From: an uncultured Noviherbaspirillum sp.
Lineage (GTDB): Bacteria > Pseudomonadota > Gammaproteobacteria > Burkholderiales > Burkholderiaceae_D
Length of the DNA stretch: 64,000 bases
Assembly (NCBI GenBank): GCA_966211575.1
Contig: CBIHOK010000002.1
Span: 2,322 to 66,321 of the forward strand
Direction of reading: 5' to 3'
The first letter of the stretch is position 1, and each line of letters starts with the position of its first letter. Of the stretch, positions 37,646-52,461 are shown in pieces. Position numbers and translations under genes: made by a program. The notes under the pieces are model-generated. The model saw nothing but the letters and a program-made list of their open reading frames with translations. It searched no databases and was not told where the DNA came from.

Positions 37646-37679
37646 AAAAAAAAGGGGCGAACCGCTGTTGCCCCTTTTG
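37646..37679 (-). terminator. Terminator/attenuator between rpsB and tsf
   Basis: AAAAGGGGC-(11 nt)-GCCCCTTTT with an 8-T run on the minus strand. Confidence 0.78.
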
Positions 37680-37704
37680 ATGCCCGACACTTCAGGCGCG
37701 GGCC

Positions 37705-38454
37705 TCAAGCCTGTTCGCTGACCTCGACGAATTCGTCAGCGTCGCCCTTCACCGCTTCCAGCACTTCGTTGGTCGCATTGGCGCGTCCTTCCAGGATCGC
37801 GTCGGCAACGCCGCGTGCATACAGCGTGATCGCCTTCGACGAGTCGTCGTTGCCCGGAATGACGTAGCTGACGCCGTCCGGCGAGTGGTTGGTATCGACC
37901 ACGCCGACGACCGGAATGCCGAGCTTCGAAGCTTCGGTGATTGCGCCCTTGTGGTAGCCGACGTCGATGATGAAGATCGCATCCGGAATGCCGCCCATGT
38001 CCTTGATGCCGCCGATCGACTTCTGCAGCTTCTCCATCTCGCGCTGGAACATCAGCGCTTCCTTCTTGCTGAGCTTTTCGACGGAACCGTCTTCCATCGC
38101 CGCTTCCATGTCCTTCAGGCGCTTGATCGAAGTCTTGATGGTCTTGAAATTGGTCAGCATGCCGCCCAGCCAGCGCTGGTCGACATACGGCATGCCGGCG
38201 CGCTGCGCCTCCGCTGCAACGATGTCGCGTGCCTGACGCTTGGTGCCAACGAACAGGATGGTGCCGCGATTGGAAGCCAGTTGGCGGATGTATTTCATCG
38301 CCTCCTGGTACATCGCCAGCGTCTTTTCCAGGTTGACGATATGAATCTTGTTGCGATGGCCGAAAATGTAGGGGGCCATCTTCGGGTTCCAGAAGCGGGT
38401 CTGGTGTCCGAAATGGACACCGGCTTCCAGCATTTCACGCATGGTAACGGACAT
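37705..38454 (-). CDS. rpsB: 30S ribosomal protein S2
   Basis: [40 protein letters not shown]. Confidence 0.99.
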   Translation of the reverse strand: MSVTMREMLEAGVHFGHQTRFWNPKMAPYIFGHRNKIHIVNLEKTLAMYQEAMKYIRQLASNRGTILFVGTKRQARDIVAAEAQRAGMPYVDQRWLGGMLTNFKTIKTSIKRLKDMEAAMEDGSVEKLSKKEALMFQREMEKLQKSIGGIKDMGGIPDAIFIIDVGYHKGAITEASKLGIPVVGVVDTNHSPDGVSYVIPGNDDSSKAITLYARGVADAILEGRANATNEVLEAVKGDADEFVEVSEQA

Positions 38455-38598
38455 GAATTTCTCCAGGGTTAGGTCTGGAATCCACCCGGTCACCCGGCGC
38501 AATTATTCGATGCAATTATTCGAAATTATTGCTGTCGGGCACCCTTTTCGGGCGGATTCGCGATTTTCAACGAGTGTCACTTGAAGGCTTTCAAGCTA
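38455..38598 (-). ncRNA. rpsB 5' leader (S2 autogenous-control element, t44-like)
   Basis: Between map and rpsB. Minus strand has ACACTCG...GGGTGCC...AACCC before the GGAG SD, as in proteobacterial rpsB leaders. Boundaries inferred from the promoter. Confidence 0.7.
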
Positions 38599-38605
38599 AC
38601 CCAAG

Positions 38606-38635
38606 ATTGTACTCCAAATCCCAATAAGTGTTCAA
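38606..38635 (-). promoter_or_regulatory. Sigma70 promoter of rpsB-tsf
   Basis: TTGAAC-N18-TACAAT on the minus strand. Confidence 0.65.
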
Positions 38636-38678
38636 GGCAGGAATCGTTTTTGCTTAGGCGAATCCGCCGGCGCTCGAC

Positions 38679-38684
38679 TATAAT
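38679..38684 (+). promoter_or_regulatory. -10 candidate for map-glnD
   Basis: Consensus TATAAT 47 nt upstream of the map ATG. Confidence 0.5.
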
Positions 38685-38730
38685 TTTGTATTGATTGTTA
38701 TTTGCGCCTTATAGCGCACCCTCGTTCGTC

Positions 38731-39561
38731 ATGGCATCCATTTCCATCAAAACCGAAGAAGACATCAGGGGCATGCGCGTGGCCGGCAAACTGGCCGCCG
38801 AAGTTCTTGACTTCATCGCTCCCTACATCAAGGCCGGCATCACCACCGGCGAACTCGATCGTCTTTGCCACCAGTACATGACGGACGTGCAGGGTACCAT
38901 CCCCGCGCCGCTGAACTATTGCCCGCCCGGCTATACGCCCTACCCCAAGGCAATCTGCACCTCGGTCAACGACGTGATCTGCCATGGCATCCCGGGCGAC
39001 AAGGTGCTGAAGAACGGCGACGTGATCAACATCGACATCACGGTCATCAAGGACGGTTATCACGGCGACACCAGCCGCATGTTCTTCGTCGGCGAGCCCT
39101 CGATCCTGGCGCGCCGCCTGACCGATATCACCTTCGAATGCATGTGGCTCGGGATTTCGAAGATACGCCCCGGCGCCCATCTGGGCGACATCGGCCACGT
39201 GATCCAGCAGCACGCGGAAAAGGCCGGCTATAGCGTGGTGCGGGAATTCTGCGGCCACGGCATCGGAAAGATATTTCACGAAGAGCCGCAGGTGCTTCAC
39301 TATGGCCGCCCCGGAACACTGGAAAAGCTGGTGCCCGGCATGATTTTCACGGTGGAGCCGATGATCAATGCCGGCCGCCGCGAGATTCGCGAAATGGGCG
39401 ACGGCTGGACCATCAAGACCAAGGACCGCAGCCTGTCGGCCCAGTGGGAACACACGGTATTGGTCACCGATACCGGCTACGAGGTGCTGACCATCTCGCC
39501 CGGTATGCCGGCGCCGCCGGCATTCATTGCCTCAACAGGAGCGCAGCAGGCAGCAGCGTAA
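38731..39561 (+). CDS. map: Methionine aminopeptidase type I
   Basis: [49 protein letters not shown]. Confidence 0.98.
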   Translation: MASISIKTEEDIRGMRVAGKLAAEVLDFIAPYIKAGITTGELDRLCHQYMTDVQGTIPAPLNYCPPGYTPYPKAICTSVNDVICHGIPGDKVLKNGDVINIDITVIKDGYHGDTSRMFFVGEPSILARRLTDITFECMWLGISKIRPGAHLGDIGHVIQQHAEKAGYSVVREFCGHGIGKIFHEEPQVLHYGRPGTLEKLVPGMIFTVEPMINAGRREIREMGDGWTIKTKDRSLSAQWEHTVLVTDTGYEVLTISPGMPAPPAFIASTGAQQAAA

Positions 39562-39562
39562 G

Positions 39563-42115
39563 ATGCCGTCTCTTGCACTGACGCTCAAGGACCAGCTGAA
39601 GACCCAGCGCCAAGCCGCGATCGCCCGCTTCCAGTCCGACAGCCAGCCTGACCGCCTGCTACTGACGCTGCGCCGGAATGTCGATGCTGCGCTGACCAGA
39701 GCATGGCAAAGCATGCAGTTGCCGGGCAGGATCGCACTGGTTGCGGTGGGCGGCTATGGCCGGGGCGAGCTATTCCCGCATTCCGACGTCGACGTGCTGA
39801 TCCTGCTCGATGGCGCTCCCGATACGGCACTGAAAGCGAAACTCGAAGAGCTCGTGCAATTGTTCTGGGACATGGGCCTGGAAATCGGCCATAGCATCCG
39901 GACCATAGACGAATGCCTGACCGAAGCGGCTGCTGACATCACGGTGCAGACCAGCCTGCTGGAAGCGCGCCTGATCGCCGGCAACCGCCGTCTGTTTCAT
40001 TTCCTGCAAGACCGCTTCAACGCCGCCATCAACCCGCGCGCCTTTTTCGAAGCGAAGACGCTGGAAATGCGGCAGCGCCATGCAAAGTATGAAGATACCC
40101 CCTATAGCCTGGAACCGAACTGCAAGGAAAGCCCGGGCGGGCTGCGCGATCTGCAGGTGATCCTGTGGGTGGCCAAGGCTGCCGGCCTGGGCGATTCCTG
40201 GCGCAAGCTGGCCGAGCGCGGGCTGATCACTGCCACCGAAGCGCGCCAACTGACGCAAAAGGAGCGGATCTTCAAGGATATCCGGGCGCGACTGCATATC
40301 CATAGCGGGCGGCGAGAGGACCGCTTACTGTTCGACGTACAGACCCCGATCGCCGAAACCTTCGGTTTCCACACTACCGAAACCCGGCGAGCCAGCGAAT
40401 ACCTGATGCAGCACTACTACCTGGCCGCCAAAGCGATAACCCAGCTCAACGCCATCCTGCTGCAAAACATCGAAGCCCAGCTGTTTCCGCAATCCGGTTC
40501 GCCGCGCCCGATCAATCCGCGCTTCAATGAAATCAACGGGCTGATCGACATCGCGCAGGACGATACCTTCCTGACCGAACCGTCGACCATGCTCGAGGTG
40601 TTCCTGCTGATCGCCCAGCACTCGGAAATCAAGGGCATGACCGCGCGCACCCTGCGCGCGTTATGGCACGCCCGCTTCAAGATCGATGCGGCATTCCGCC
40701 GCGACCCGGCAAACCGCGCGCTGTTCCTGAATATCCTGAAGGCGCCGCAGGGCATTACCCATGCACTGCGCGGCATGAACCAGACCAGCATACTGGGGCG
40801 TTACCTGCCGAACTTCCGGCGCATCGTCGGCCAGATGCAGCACGACCTGTTTCACGTCTATACGGTCGACCAGCACATCCTGATGGTGGTGCGCAACGTG
40901 CGGCGCTTCACGATGACCGAGCATGCGCACGAATATCCGTTCTGCAGCCAGTTGATGGCGAATTTCGCGCAGCCGTGGCTGCTGTACATCGCCGCGCTGT
41001 TCCACGACATCGCAAAGGGCCGCGGCGGCGATCATTCGCAACTGGGCATGGCGGACGCGCGCAAATTCTGCCGCGAACACGGCTTGTCCAAACAGGATAC
41101 CGACCTCGTGGTGTTCCTGGTGCAGCACCATCTGACCATGTCCCAGGTTGCCCAAAAGCAGGATTTGTCGGACCCGGATGTGATCCGCGGTTTTGCCGCC
41201 ACCGTCAGGGATGAACGCCACCTGACCGCGCTCTACCTGCTGACAGTGGCCGATATCCGCGGCACCAGCCCCAAGGTGTGGAACGCGTGGAAAGGCAAGC
41301 TGCTGGAAGACCTGTACCAGATGACCTTGCGGGTACTGGGCGGGGAAGACCCGTCGGCCGAGCACGAATTGCGCAGCAGGCAGAACGCCGCGCTCAAGAC
41401 GCTGCGGCTGTACGGCCTGCCGTCGGACGTGCACCAGCGGCTCTGGCAGCAGCTGGACGTCGTCTATTTCCTGCGGCATGACGCCGCCGACATTGCCTGG
41501 CAGACCCGTTCGCTGTACAACCGGGTCGACAGCCCCACCCCGGTGGTCAAGTGCCGGCTGGCGCCGATCGGCGAAGGCGTGCAGGTGGCAGTCTACATCA
41601 AGGATCAGCCAGACCTGTTTGCCCGCATCTGCAGCTACTTCGACCGCAAGAATTTCAGCATCCTGGATGCGAAGATCCATACCACGCGGCACGGTTATGC
41701 ACTCGACACCTTCCTGGTGACGGAACCGGCGTTCGCCAACAGCTACCGCGACATCATCAACCTGATCGAGCACGAGCTCACCGAGTTGCTGGATTCCCGC
41801 GCACCGCTGCCGGCGCCGACCCAGGGGCGGCTGTCGCGCCTGTCGCGCACCTTTCCGGTCACGCCCACCGTCGACCTGCGGCCGGACGAGCGCGGCCAAT
41901 ACTACCTGCTGTCGGTGTCCGCCAACGACCGCAACGGCTTGCTGTACGCGATCGCCAGCGTATTGGCCAAGTACAAGATCAACCTGCACACCGCGAAAAT
42001 CATGACGCTGGGCGAACGGGTGGAAGACGTTTTCCTGGTTGACGGTCCGGTGTTGAGCAATTCACGCAGCCAGATCCGCCTGGAAACGGAATTGCTCGAG
42101 GCGCTGCGCGTTTGA
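39563..42115 (+). CDS. glnD: PII uridylyltransferase/uridylyl-removing enzyme
   Basis: [41 protein letters not shown] (HD domain), C-terminal ACT domains. Confidence 0.98.
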   Translation: MPSLALTLKDQLKTQRQAAIARFQSDSQPDRLLLTLRRNVDAALTRAWQSMQLPGRIALVAVGGYGRGELFPHSDVDVLILLDGAPDTALKAKLEELVQLFWDMGLEIGHSIRTIDECLTEAAADITVQTSLLEARLIAGNRRLFHFLQDRFNAAINPRAFFEAKTLEMRQRHAKYEDTPYSLEPNCKESPGGLRDLQVILWVAKAAGLGDSWRKLAERGLITATEARQLTQKERIFKDIRARLHIHSGRREDRLLFDVQTPIAETFGFHTTETRRASEYLMQHYYLAAKAITQLNAILLQNIEAQLFPQSGSPRPINPRFNEINGLIDIAQDDTFLTEPSTMLEVFLLIAQHSEIKGMTARTLRALWHARFKIDAAFRRDPANRALFLNILKAPQGITHALRGMNQTSILGRYLPNFRRIVGQMQHDLFHVYTVDQHILMVVRNVRRFTMTEHAHEYPFCSQLMANFAQPWLLYIAALFHDIAKGRGGDHSQLGMADARKFCREHGLSKQDTDLVVFLVQHHLTMSQVAQKQDLSDPDVIRGFAATVRDERHLTALYLLTVADIRGTSPKVWNAWKGKLLEDLYQMTLRVLGGEDPSAEHELRSRQNAALKTLRLYGLPSDVHQRLWQQLDVVYFLRHDAADIAWQTRSLYNRVDSPTPVVKCRLAPIGEGVQVAVYIKDQPDLFARICSYFDRKNFSILDAKIHTTRHGYALDTFLVTEPAFANSYRDIINLIEHELTELLDSRAPLPAPTQGRLSRLSRTFPVTPTVDLRPDERGQYYLLSVSANDRNGLLYAIASVLAKYKINLHTAKIMTLGERVEDVFLVDGPVLSNSRSQIRLETELLEALRV

Positions 42116-42124
42116 ATTTTCCCC

Positions 42125-42871
42125 ATGTCCGAACCTCTCCGCCTTTCCAAACGCATGTCCGAACTCGGCCTCTGTTCGCGCCGCGAAGCCGATGAATGGA
42201 TCGCGCGCGGCTGGGTCCGTGTCGACGGCAGGATCGTATCCGAACTCGGCAGCAAAGTTCTGCCGGAGCAGAAAATCACGGTAGAGCGGCAGGCCAGCGC
42301 CGAGCAGGCGCGCCGCGTCACGGTGTTGCTCAACAAACCCGTCGGTTATGTCAGCGGCCAGGCCGAAGACGGCTACAAGCCCGCGGTGACGCTGATCAAT
42401 GCCGACAACCGCTGGGCCGAGGACAAGTCGCCGCTGCGCTTTCATCCGAGCCAGTTGCGCAGCCTTGTGCCGGCCGGACGTCTCGACATCGATTCGGTCG
42501 GCCTGCTGGTACTGACCCAGGATGGCCGCATCGCACGCCAACTGATAGGCGAAGGATCGCCGATCGAAAAGGAATACCTGGTGCGGGTCAGGTATTCGCG
42601 CCCGGGACGCCTGCCGGACGCCGATTTGAAACTGCTGAACCACGGGCTGTCCCTGGACGGCAAGAAGCTGCTGCCGGCCAAAGTCCGCTGGCAAAACGAC
42701 GATCAGTTGCGCTTCGTACTACGCGAGGGAAAGAAAAGGCAAATCCGGCGCATGTGCGAAGCGGTCGGGCTGAAGGTGCTGGGACTAAAACGGGTCCGTA
42801 TCGGCAAGGTCACGCTGGGCGACCTGCCGCCCGGTCAGTGGCGTTACCTGGGCGCGGACGAAAGCTTCTGA
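42125..42871 (+). CDS. rRNA pseudouridine synthase, RsuA/RluB/E/F family
   Basis: S4 domain ([10 protein letters not shown]), [15 protein letters not shown] catalytic Asp, [10 protein letters not shown]. Confidence 0.93.
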   Translation: MSEPLRLSKRMSELGLCSRREADEWIARGWVRVDGRIVSELGSKVLPEQKITVERQASAEQARRVTVLLNKPVGYVSGQAEDGYKPAVTLINADNRWAEDKSPLRFHPSQLRSLVPAGRLDIDSVGLLVLTQDGRIARQLIGEGSPIEKEYLVRVRYSRPGRLPDADLKLLNHGLSLDGKKLLPAKVRWQNDDQLRFVLREGKKRQIRRMCEAVGLKVLGLKRVRIGKVTLGDLPPGQWRYLGADESF

Positions 42872-42879
42872 AACGACGA

Positions 42880-43412
42880 TCAGTCGTCGCCCGCCGGATC
42901 GAGGCCGGGAAACAGGATTTCAGTAAAGCCGAAGCGGGAAAAATCCTTGATTCTCATCGGGTACAGGATGCCGGCCAGGTGGTCGCACTCGTGCTGCACC
43001 ACGCGCGCATGGAATCCGTCGACATCCCTGCTGATCCGGTTTCCATTCTGGTCGACGCCTTCGTAATGCAATTCGGCCCAGCGCGGCACGATGCCGCGCA
43101 ATCCCGGCACCGACAAGCAGCCTTCCCAGCCCTCTTCGGTTTTTTCGGACAAGGGACGCAACACTGGGTTGATCAGCACCGTTTCGGGAATCGGCGGCGC
43201 GTCGGGATAGCGCGCATTGCTGCCGAAGCCGAAAATGACCAGTTGCAGGTTGACGCCGATCTGCGGCGCCGCGAGTCCCGCGCCGTTCGCCGCGTGCATG
43301 GTATCGAACATGTCTTCGATCAGGTCCTGCAATTCGCGGGTACCGAACTGCGACACCGGTTCCGCCTGGCGCAACAGGCGCGGATCGCCCATCTTCAGGA
43401 TATCGCGCACGC

Positions 43413-43416
<4 letters not shown>
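42880..43416 (-). CDS. def: Peptide deformylase
   Basis: [24 protein letters not shown] 43416 overlaps the galU stop. Confidence 0.96.
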
Positions 43417-47823
<4,407 letters not shown>

Positions 47824-48339
47824 GCCGTATCACCTCGGCCAAGGAATACGTCAAGTCCGGCGCTGCCCACATTCGGCCACGCCCGCGCGGCCCCTTCACA
47901 ATACATGCTTGACTCATTTGAAATCCGGTTAGATGACTGCCTTCGCCCATCCCGGGCGCTTCCTTTCGCGGCTCTCTCGCAAGGCTTCGGAACCGCGTAT
48001 TTCCAGGCCTTTTTGCCGGCGGCAGCAAGGGGATCAGGGTAGTGGCCTGAAATTAAGTTGTCAAGACAACCCAAATTGCCCAAAGGAACCAAAAAAGCCA
48101 TGTCCACGAAATACTTTCAAGAAAATATGCCGCCCTTTGCGGCTGGTAAATATGCGGACTTGACCCAGTTGAGCCTCGTCAATGCCCGCAGGACATGCCC
48201 GCCAATAAAATAGCACCTGTCTTGCAAGCTTTCCGGTATCGCAAAAACCGTTACCAACCGGCGTTGATGCGGCGAGTCGAGGAAGCGGAAAACGTCTTGC
48301 AAACCAGTTCATTCAGTTTATCTGCGCACGGAGGACTTC

Positions 48340-48723
48340 ATGCAATCCAATAGTGCAAGCAATGCCATAGATCCGCAGCTGTTCGCTGAACGCGAGCAGC
48401 AGAAGGCGCGACCGGGTACGCCGCAGGGTGGCACGGCCGATGCGACGGACCGGCGCGACCGGGTTGCTTCCTCTTCACGCCAGTCGGTTCCCAGCGGCCA
48501 CACGCGCCTGGAACTTTCCAAATCCAAAGAGTTCAGCCTGCAAGACCTGGCGCTGCTTTCCATTGCTCCGATTTTCCGCTCGATCCATCGCTGGTGGCTG
48601 CACCGGGCGGAACGCCATTATCTGATCTGCGCCGATGTCGAATTGCAGCGAGCCAGGGAAGCGCAGATGAACGTTGCCTACTACCAGAAACGCGCGGCGC
48701 TTGCCCGCTCCGCACGCCACTGA
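48340..48723 (+). CDS. Small hypothetical protein
   Basis: Strong GGAGGA SD at 48330-48335; 127 aa with a helical C-terminal half; fills the gap between zipA and smc. Confidence 0.65.
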   Translation: MQSNSASNAIDPQLFAEREQQKARPGTPQGGTADATDRRDRVASSSRQSVPSGHTRLELSKSKEFSLQDLALLSIAPIFRSIHRWWLHRAERHYLICADVELQRAREAQMNVAYYQKRAALARSARH

Positions 48724-51700
48724 TCACGCTGCCTGGGCTTCGTTTGCGAAGCTGGCGGCCGATTCCATGTCGACCGCGACGATGCGCGACACGCCCTGTT
48801 CCTGCATCGTCACGCCGATCAGCTGCTGCGCCATTTCCATCGCGATCTTGTTATGCGAAATGAACAGGAACTGGGTTTGCGACGACATGCGCTTGACCAT
48901 GTTGCAGAAGCGTTCGGTATTCGCGTCGTCCAGCGGCGCATCGACTTCGTCGAGCAGGCAGAACGGCGCCGGGTTCAGCTGGAACATCGAAAACACCAGT
49001 GCAGTCGCGGTGAGTGCCTTTTCGCCGCCGGACAGCAGATGAATGGTCGCGTTTTTCTTGCCAGGCGGCTGCGCCATCACCTGCACACCGGAATCGAGGA
49101 TTTCTTCGCCGGTCATGATCAGTTTCGCGTTGCCACCGCCGAACAGTACCGGGAACAGTTCGCCGAAATGCCGGTTCACCTTGTCAAAGGTATCCTGCAG
49201 CAACTCGCGGGTTTCCCTGTCGATCTTGCTGATCGCATCCTCCAGCGTATTGATCGCCTCGGTGAGATCGGCATGTTGCGCGTCCAGGAAATTCTTGCGT
49301 TCCGAGGCCTGCGCCAGCTCGTCCAGCGCCGCCAGATTGACCGCGCCCAGCGCCGCGATCGCATTGCCGAGCCGGGTCACTTCTCCCTGCAGGTAGGACG
49401 GCCGCACCTCGCCGCTCAATTTTTCGGCCAGCGCCGCTTCGTCGGCCTGCGCTTCCGCCAATTGCTGTGCGTATTGCTCCTGGTTCAGGCGCGCCGCCTG
49501 TTCCTTCAACTGCAGTTCCATGATGCGGTCGCGTTGCGGCTGCAGACTGCGTTCGGCCTGCATGCGTGCCTCTTCCGCATGACGCAGCTTCTGCGTCAAC
49601 TGGTCCAGCTCATGGCGCGCATCGGCCAGCGCGCGCTCCTGCTCGCTGCGCTTTTCCAGTAGCGCCTGCAGGCCGGCCTGGGCCGCCTGGTCATCCAGGC
49701 TCTCCAGTTCCAGGTGCCCCTGCTGCATGCTGGCGAACAGTTGGGCCGATTGTTCCAGGGCAGTTGCGATACCGCGCTTCAATTCCTCGATCTTGCCGCG
49801 CTGCGACTTTTCAGCAAACTCCGCTTCCTGCGCCGCGCGTTCCAGCTCGCGCAGCCGCTGGCGCGCCTCGTCGAGCTGCCGTTCCTTCGCCAGGTAATCG
49901 GTCTGGCCGTTTTCATGCGTTTCCTGCAGCTCGGCGAGTTCGATGTCCAGCTGCTCGAATTTCGCTTCGGACTCGGCCTTCACCTGCTGCTGCTCCGATT
50001 CCTGTTCTGCGATTTCGGCCAGGTCCGTTTCGATCTGCGTGCTGCGCTGGTTGAAACGTTCCTCGACTTCGGAGAGTTTCATCACCTCGATCTGCAGCGC
50101 GTGCACAGCCTGCGTCAGCCCGCCCTGGCGCTGACGCAAATCCTGCAGCCGCTGGGTCGCCTGCGTCAGCGCCGCCTCGGCGCGCACCGCGCGCGACTTC
50201 GCTTCATCCGCCAGCATCTGCTGGGCGCGCAACTGTTTGCCGACGTTCTCGATTTCCTGCTGGCGCGCCAGCATCCCGTCCTGCTCGGAATCGGACGCAT
50301 AGAAGCGGACGCTGGAGCGGCCGACCAGGTGCCCCTGGCGCGTGACGAAGCAGCCGCCGGGCGGCAGCTCCGCGCGAGCGGCAAACGCCGCACCGGCGTC
50401 GTCGGCGGCAAATACGTTGTGCAGCCAGTCCTGCATCAAGGCCCGCAAACCGGGATCGTTCAGCTGCAGCAGGTCCAGGAAAGGCTTGAAGCCGGCCGGC
50501 GCATTCGTCGGCGCCGGAACGCCGGCGCCGTTGGCCGCGAACAGCGCAAGCTTGGCCGGCGGCGCATCGTTGAAGAACGCCTTCGCCCAATCGAGGTTGG
50601 ACACTTCCAGCGCCGAGGTGCGTTCGCGCAGCACCGCCTCGAGCGCGGTTTCCCAGCCCTGGTCGACATGCAGCTTTTGCCACAGGCGCGGCAGTTCGCC
50701 CAGTTCGTGCTTTTGCAGCCAGGGCTGCACCTTGCCCTGGGTCTGCACGTTTTCCTGCAATTGCCTGAGCGCCGCCAGCCGCGCTTCCAGTTGCGCATTC
50801 GCGGCAACCTCCGCATTCACCTGTTCCTGCGCGCTGCGCCGTTCCTGCTCCAGCCGGGGCTGCTGCTCCTGCGCCGCTTCCAGCTGTTCGCGAGCTTCTT
50901 CCAGCGCCATCTGCTTTTCTTCGAGCTGCAGCTTGAGGTTGGCCAGTTGCGCACTGTCCGGCAGGCTCATTCCGTTCTTTTCCTGCAACAGGCGCTCGCG
51001 CCGTGCGGCAAGAGCGGACAGGATATTGGAGGCGTTGCGCTGGTGCGCCGATTCCAGTTCTATCTGCTGCTGGACCTGCATGATTCTGCCGCGCGACTCG
51101 GTGCTCTTCAGCTGCGCCTCGCGCCACGCCTGTTCCAGTGCCGGCAATTGATCGTTTTGCTGCTGGGCCAGCAGTTGCGCCTGCTCCACGCGGGCCGCCC
51201 GCTCCTCCAGCAGTATTTCCGCTTCCGCCAGCTCTTCCTGTTGCTGATGCCCCTGGCGCTGCCATTGATCGCGCTGCGCGGTCAGCGAATTGAGCTGCGA
51301 CTGCAAGCGGTTGCGCGATTCGATCACGAACTTGATCTGCGCTTCCAGGCTGCCGATTTCCGAATTGGTCTGGTACAGGTGGCCCTGCGCCTGGTGCATC
51401 CGGTCGCCGGCCGCGTAGTGAGCCTGCCGCATCTGCTCCAGCTCGACCTCGAAGTGCCGCAGCTTGGCGGTCTGCTCTTCCAGTTCGGTCTGCGCCTTTT
51501 CGATGTCGCGGAAGAACTTTTCCTGTTCAGCCTTCGCTTCGTTTTTACGCAGCAGCCAAAGCAGCTTCTGCTTTTCGTCCTGGTCGGCCTGCAGTTCGCG
51601 GAATTTCTGCGCAACCGCCGCCTGCGCTTCGAGTTTTTCCAGATTCGCGTTGAGTTCGCGCAGAATATCCTCGACCCGGGTCAGGTTCTCGCGCGTGTCG

Positions 51701-52254
51701 TGCAGGCGATTGGCGGTTTCGCGGCGGCGCTCCTTGTACTTGGACACGCCGGCCGCCTCTTCCAGGAAAATCCGCAATTCCTCCGGACGCGCCTCGATGA
51801 TGCGGGAAATCATGCCCTGGCCGATGATCGCGTATGCGCGCGGCCCGAGCCCGGTGCCGAGGAAGATATCCTGGATATCGCGCCGCCGTACCGCCTGGTT
51901 GTTGATGTAATAAGTAGAGGTGCCGTCGCGCGTGAGGGTGCGCTTGACCGCGATTTCCGCGTACTGGCTCCACTGGCCGGCGGCGCGCCCGTCGCTGTTG
52001 TCGAACACCAGTTCCACCGAAGAACGTCCGGCCGGCTTGCGGTTGGTGGAGCCGTTGAAGATCACGTCCTGCATCGATTCGCCGCGCAGCTCCGACGCTT
52101 TCGACTCGCCCAGCACCCAGCGCACCGCATCGATGATGTTGGACTTGCCGCAGCCGTTAGGACCGACGACACCGACCAGCTGACCCGGCACCTGAAAATT
52201 GGTAGGATCGACGAAGGACTTGAATCCCGATAATTTAATCGAAGTTAGGCGCAC
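48724..52254 (-). CDS. smc: Chromosome segregation protein SMC
   Basis: GFKSF, GPNGCGKSN, long coiled coils with hinge, LSGGEKA, LDEVDAPLD. Confidence 0.98.
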   Translation of the reverse strand: MRLTSIKLSGFKSFVDPTNFQVPGQLVGVVGPNGCGKSNIIDAVRWVLGESKASELRGESMQDVIFNGSTNRKPAGRSSVELVFDNSDGRAAGQWSQYAEIAVKRTLTRDGTSTYYINNQAVRRRDIQDIFLGTGLGPRAYAIIGQGMISRIIEARPEELRIFLEEAAGVSKYKERRRETANRLHDTRENLTRVEDILRELNANLEKLEAQAAVAQKFRELQADQDEKQKLLWLLRKNEAKAEQEKFFRDIEKAQTELEEQTAKLRHFEVELEQMRQAHYAAGDRMHQAQGHLYQTNSEIGSLEAQIKFVIESRNRLQSQLNSLTAQRDQWQRQGHQQQEELAEAEILLEERAARVEQAQLLAQQQNDQLPALEQAWREAQLKSTESRGRIMQVQQQIELESAHQRNASNILSALAARRERLLQEKNGMSLPDSAQLANLKLQLEEKQMALEEAREQLEAAQEQQPRLEQERRSAQEQVNAEVAANAQLEARLAALRQLQENVQTQGKVQPWLQKHELGELPRLWQKLHVDQGWETALEAVLRERTSALEVSNLDWAKAFFNDAPPAKLALFAANGAGVPAPTNAPAGFKPFLDLLQLNDPGLRALMQDWLHNVFAADDAGAAFAARAELPPGGCFVTRQGHLVGRSSVRFYASDSEQDGMLARQQEIENVGKQLRAQQMLADEAKSRAVRAEAALTQATQRLQDLRQRQGGLTQAVHALQIEVMKLSEVEERFNQRSTQIETDLAEIAEQESEQQQVKAESEAKFEQLDIELAELQETHENGQTDYLAKERQLDEARQRLRELERAAQEAEFAEKSQRGKIEELKRGIATALEQSAQLFASMQQGHLELESLDDQAAQAGLQALLEKRSEQERALADARHELDQLTQKLRHAEEARMQAERSLQPQRDRIMELQLKEQAARLNQEQYAQQLAEAQADEAALAEKLSGEVRPSYLQGEVTRLGNAIAALGAVNLAALDELAQASERKNFLDAQHADLTEAINTLEDAISKIDRETRELLQDTFDKVNRHFGELFPVLFGGGNAKLIMTGEEILDSGVQVMAQPPGKKNATIHLLSGGEKALTATALVFSMFQLNPAPFCLLDEVDAPLDDANTERFCNMVKRMSSQTQFLFISHNKIAMEMAQQLIGVTMQEQGVSRIVAVDMESAASFANEAQAA

Positions 52255-52314
52255 GTTATCGACTTTTCCGATCTAATTTGAGCAGCCAGGGGCCTCCGCC
52301 CCGGGAAAGGGCCT

Positions 52315-52323
52315 ATCATATCA
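52315..52323 (-). promoter_or_regulatory. Extended -10 candidate for smc
   Basis: TGA-TATGAT on the minus strand about 60 nt upstream of the start. Confidence 0.5.
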
Positions 52324-52384
52324 TTTCAGGGTCTTTCGGAATGCCAAGACGCGGGTGGGTGGCGGGCCCAGCCGCTATTGTCGG

Positions 52385-52390
52385 TATAAT
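52385..52390 (+). promoter_or_regulatory. -10 candidate for the dapC operon
   Basis: Consensus TATAAT about 70 nt upstream of the GTG start. Confidence 0.5.
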
Positions 52391-52461
52391 CCGGCGGTCG
52401 GCTTTTTGCCTGCCGATTTTTGCCTTCACTATCATCACTTCGCCACTTCCGCCCGCCTCTC

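Noticed and set aside
48724-52254. Repetitive coiled-coil sequence suggesting a defence SMC (Wadjet/JetC) or repeat element
   Set aside because: A canonical full-length housekeeping SMC with hinge next to zipA-ligA; no jetABD-like partners.
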